64,000 nt of DNA, from assembly GCF_036321535.1 (NCBI RefSeq), contig NC_087438.1:8372001-8436000 (forward strand). Reading direction: 5' to 3'. Each line of letters starts with the position of its first letter. Position 1 is the first letter of the stretch. This document shows positions 60,844 to 64,000 of this stretch, piece by piece. The stretch is from Camelus dromedarius (Eukaryota). The notes under the pieces are model-generated. The model ran no database searches, had not been told where the DNA came from, and saw only the letters and a list, made by a program, of their open reading frames with translations. The position numbers and the translations under genes were made by a program.

Positions 60844-63800
60844 AAAACTGCAAATTTTCAGCAATGTAAGCAAAAACAAGGGGAAGGAAAATATTCTTCA
60901 AAGATACAGTGCAAGAGACAGAAAAGGGCCAAGAGAAAAATAAAATATTAAAAAGACAAGAGGAGAAGGAAGAGCCTCCCAAAAAATATATTCACCCTCT
61001 TCTCCTTTCTCTTGTTGGCATCTCTATAAATTCGTGCCACATGAACTTAACATATAGTCCACAAGCTTCTTTCCAAAATAAAAATACCTTCTTAAATAAA
61101 AATTTAATTAGTTCTTTGTGAAGTTAAAAATTATAAGAGTGAGCATGAAATGAGTAAAATGCACCAGACTGTGAATTTAATCAAATTCCTAGAGAAAGGT
61201 TTCCCTCTTTGGTCTAGCTTCATTCTGTTATGGCCCAGAGAGTTAGGTGCTTCTGTAGAAACCCCATTTTACCGATCTTAGACGCTCTGTTCAAATCACT
61301 TATACGCTGGGTTTAAAAATGTTTGAGTATGTGTACATGTATCTGTGTTTACAATCATTTCAATATTTATTGAAAATTAATTTTTGATCAAAGATTTAAT
61401 TACTGAAGGTGATGGCCCCTGACATTAAGGAGCTTACAGTTTATTGTGAGATGAATGACTTATGAATTAAACCCTCATTTGGTTTCTGTTAAGTGTGACT
61501 TGGGAAATAACCTATGATAAAAATTTGTCACATAGTGATGCACAATTGTGAGCTTCTAGGTTGCACGACACAGTTGTATTTTGTGTCCTCCTCTTGCACT
61601 GGCATCCTTTTCCTGTTACCTGTCCACTCACTGAGGCCAACAGTCAATGCAGACGCCAGCTGAACAGAAAATTACACTAGAGAGAATACTCTCAGATATT
61701 ATGAATTTCTAAAATATTCAACGGAAAGCTTAAAAAAAAAGGAGATAGATCCTGAAATAGTAGTCTTAATGAACAATGAGCTAAAGAGAAAGAAAGGCCT
61801 TTTTAAAACAAGTGGTTTACCTGTTGTTAAAAAAAAGTTGATCTACTTAGAGGACTGAGGCTGCAATATAAGCTTACTCTGTTGAAGGAATACTTAAGAA
61901 GGCAGAATCTGTGTGAATTCTGGATTACTCTCAAAAATTATCTTTGTTTCCTTAATATCATACCTAATCAAGTAGCAGTTGTTTTATTCAAGAGATGTTC
62001 ATTTTGGTTAAATATTCCATGATCACCCAAGACCATTCTGCATAGAACAAGCATCTATGGTGTCTAGCTGAGTTGTCAAAATTCTGAAAGGGGGCTTCTA
62101 AGATAACCTTGAGCCACAAGTAGATATTTCTCCTCTTTATTTGAAGGTACAACAGGCTTTCTGAGTGTCTATTTCTTCTTTAATAAAGAGCTTCCTCACC
62201 ATGAAAAAATCTTCTAAGGCTTTCCCCCTAGCTGTATACTATTAGCTAGGAATTTTCTATGTGAGGATTTCCATTATCAGAGGTCAGAGATGATGGCAGC
62301 ATTTCAACCAGTATGCTGGATAGACACAGGGAACTGGTAGCTAAATGCTCAAGATAAAACTGTGTGAAGTATAAATAAATCCAAACTGAACTTAATTGAC
62401 AGCTTAATGATAATATCAAAGTCAGCCAACAGGCATCATGCACAAAAGTAATTACTTAAATGTCTCAAAGGATTTCTATACAGTCAATATTTATATTTAT
62501 TTTACTTTAAACTAAACTGCTGGAATTATGAGACACTGAATTGCTACTGGTAAGTTTTATATGTGACTATATCTGTGATGACAAAGTTTAAGGACATAAT
62601 TTTACCCACTTCACTTACTACAACATAATCTGCATATTAAAATTCATTTTAAAAAAACCTGTACATGAATATAAAGATGAAAGAATTAGAAAGCACAAGA
62701 GAGGAAGGAGTGTTATGGCATACTCCTTTATATAAGTCCCCTACAGTACCAGTATAGAATTTCCATCAGAAAGTCTGGTAAAACGTATAAACATACGTAT
62801 CTGTCATTTGTATATTTTTCATCCATCACATAAAACTAATGGCAGGAAAATATCTAATAATTTCATCAGTCAAGGTAGATGGGGGGGTTATGCTACAGTA
62901 AGGACATCCTAAAAAACTTAGCAGCTTAAATTAACAGAAGTTTAAGGAGAATAAATTTTGCAGTGCCCTTCCACTCTTCCCTGGGCTTGGCATGCCTCTG
63001 GAGTTTTGTGGTTGCTTGTTACACAGCATTATTTTGGTAATGGATAACTGACATAGCTCTCAGTCTCCTGGGATCTGAATGTAGCTCCCAGTTTATTTTC
63101 TTGTTTTGATAGACACTATTTAAAATCAGTTTCAAGCTCACATCTATACATTGGCTTCCCCAATCCACAAAGCAAGAGTTACATAAAATACAAGGAGGCA
63201 TCAGACAGTACTTGTTTTACTGTATTTCTTGCCAAGACGCTAGGTGTTAACATGAGCCATTCTCTGTGACCAGCTGAGCTCTACTGTTTCCACATCACTC
63301 GATGCTCCTACCCACCACCTCTGTCACTTCTCTTCTCGTCCTCCTTCCACACACACCTGCAAAGATAACTTCATGTCACCATCCCCAAGCCACTCTCCTA
63401 AGGTCAGGGACTGCTGTATTGGATCCTGGAGGTGAAGATTCAAGGGGAAGGCCTCGTCAGACTGTTCTGCTTAGATGTGACTATAATCCCTTCATACAGG
63501 GAGGGCTTCCTTTGGGCACTCTTCAAAAACACCAGGTGGTTAACTGAGTTTCTCTCTCTCTGACTCAGAGGTACTGATTCCCTCTTGCCTGGGTTTACTT
63601 TCTTCCATTTCTTCTTGCTCTGCTCTCTGCAGATGCAAAGGAGACCTGACCGATGACCCACATGAGCCAGACAACCAAGCTCCCTACTTACCTCAGAGGA
63701 GAGGCTGGGTACCTGATCATGTCAACTTCAGTCACAATGTTACCTCCAAAACGTGGCAACAGGAGAAACGTGCCACAAATTTAGGGTGAAGCATTCAAGG

Positions 63801-64000
63801 ACAATAAAGGCAAATTGCTATGGGAGTGGGCAGGTAATACATATGACTGCGGTAGGCTGGCTGGAGCCAGAGGTGGCTAAAATCTGCTAGCTCCATCCAA
63901 AGGGGATAAGAGCTATTCAAGCTATAGTCAATCACTCCTAAAAAAATGTTTCAATCTTCCATACGCTTAAAAGAAAGAAAAAAAAAATCTGTAAAAAGTA

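Overview
Mammalian nuclear DNA, very probably from a camelid (camel/alpaca/vicuna). The evidence is four copies of a tRNA-Ala(AGC)-derived SINE of the camelid vic-1 type, plus artiodactyl-style young L1 3' ends. The window is repeat-rich intronic or intergenic sequence, and I cannot support any intact protein-coding gene. The ORF track consists of chance ORFs, L1 ORF2 remnants and one disabled RPL21 processed pseudogene (13044-13656, +) inserted in a Tigger13a-like transposon. Other content: 5'-truncated L1s (several with clear target-site duplications, TSDs), five ERV-type solo LTRs all on +, MaLR LTRs, hAT/Tigger fossils, L2/MIR relics, microsatellites and a 16-bp minisatellite. I found no well-supported novel biological system. 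The best leads are modest: a possible minus-strand alternative first exon (~24138-24417), a recursive-splice-site-like motif (22545-22582), and a cluster of three nested solo LTRs (51-55 kb) carrying GAS/AP-1/GATA motifs. Repeat family names are recalled from consensus sequences, not from a search. Boundaries of old elements are approximate.
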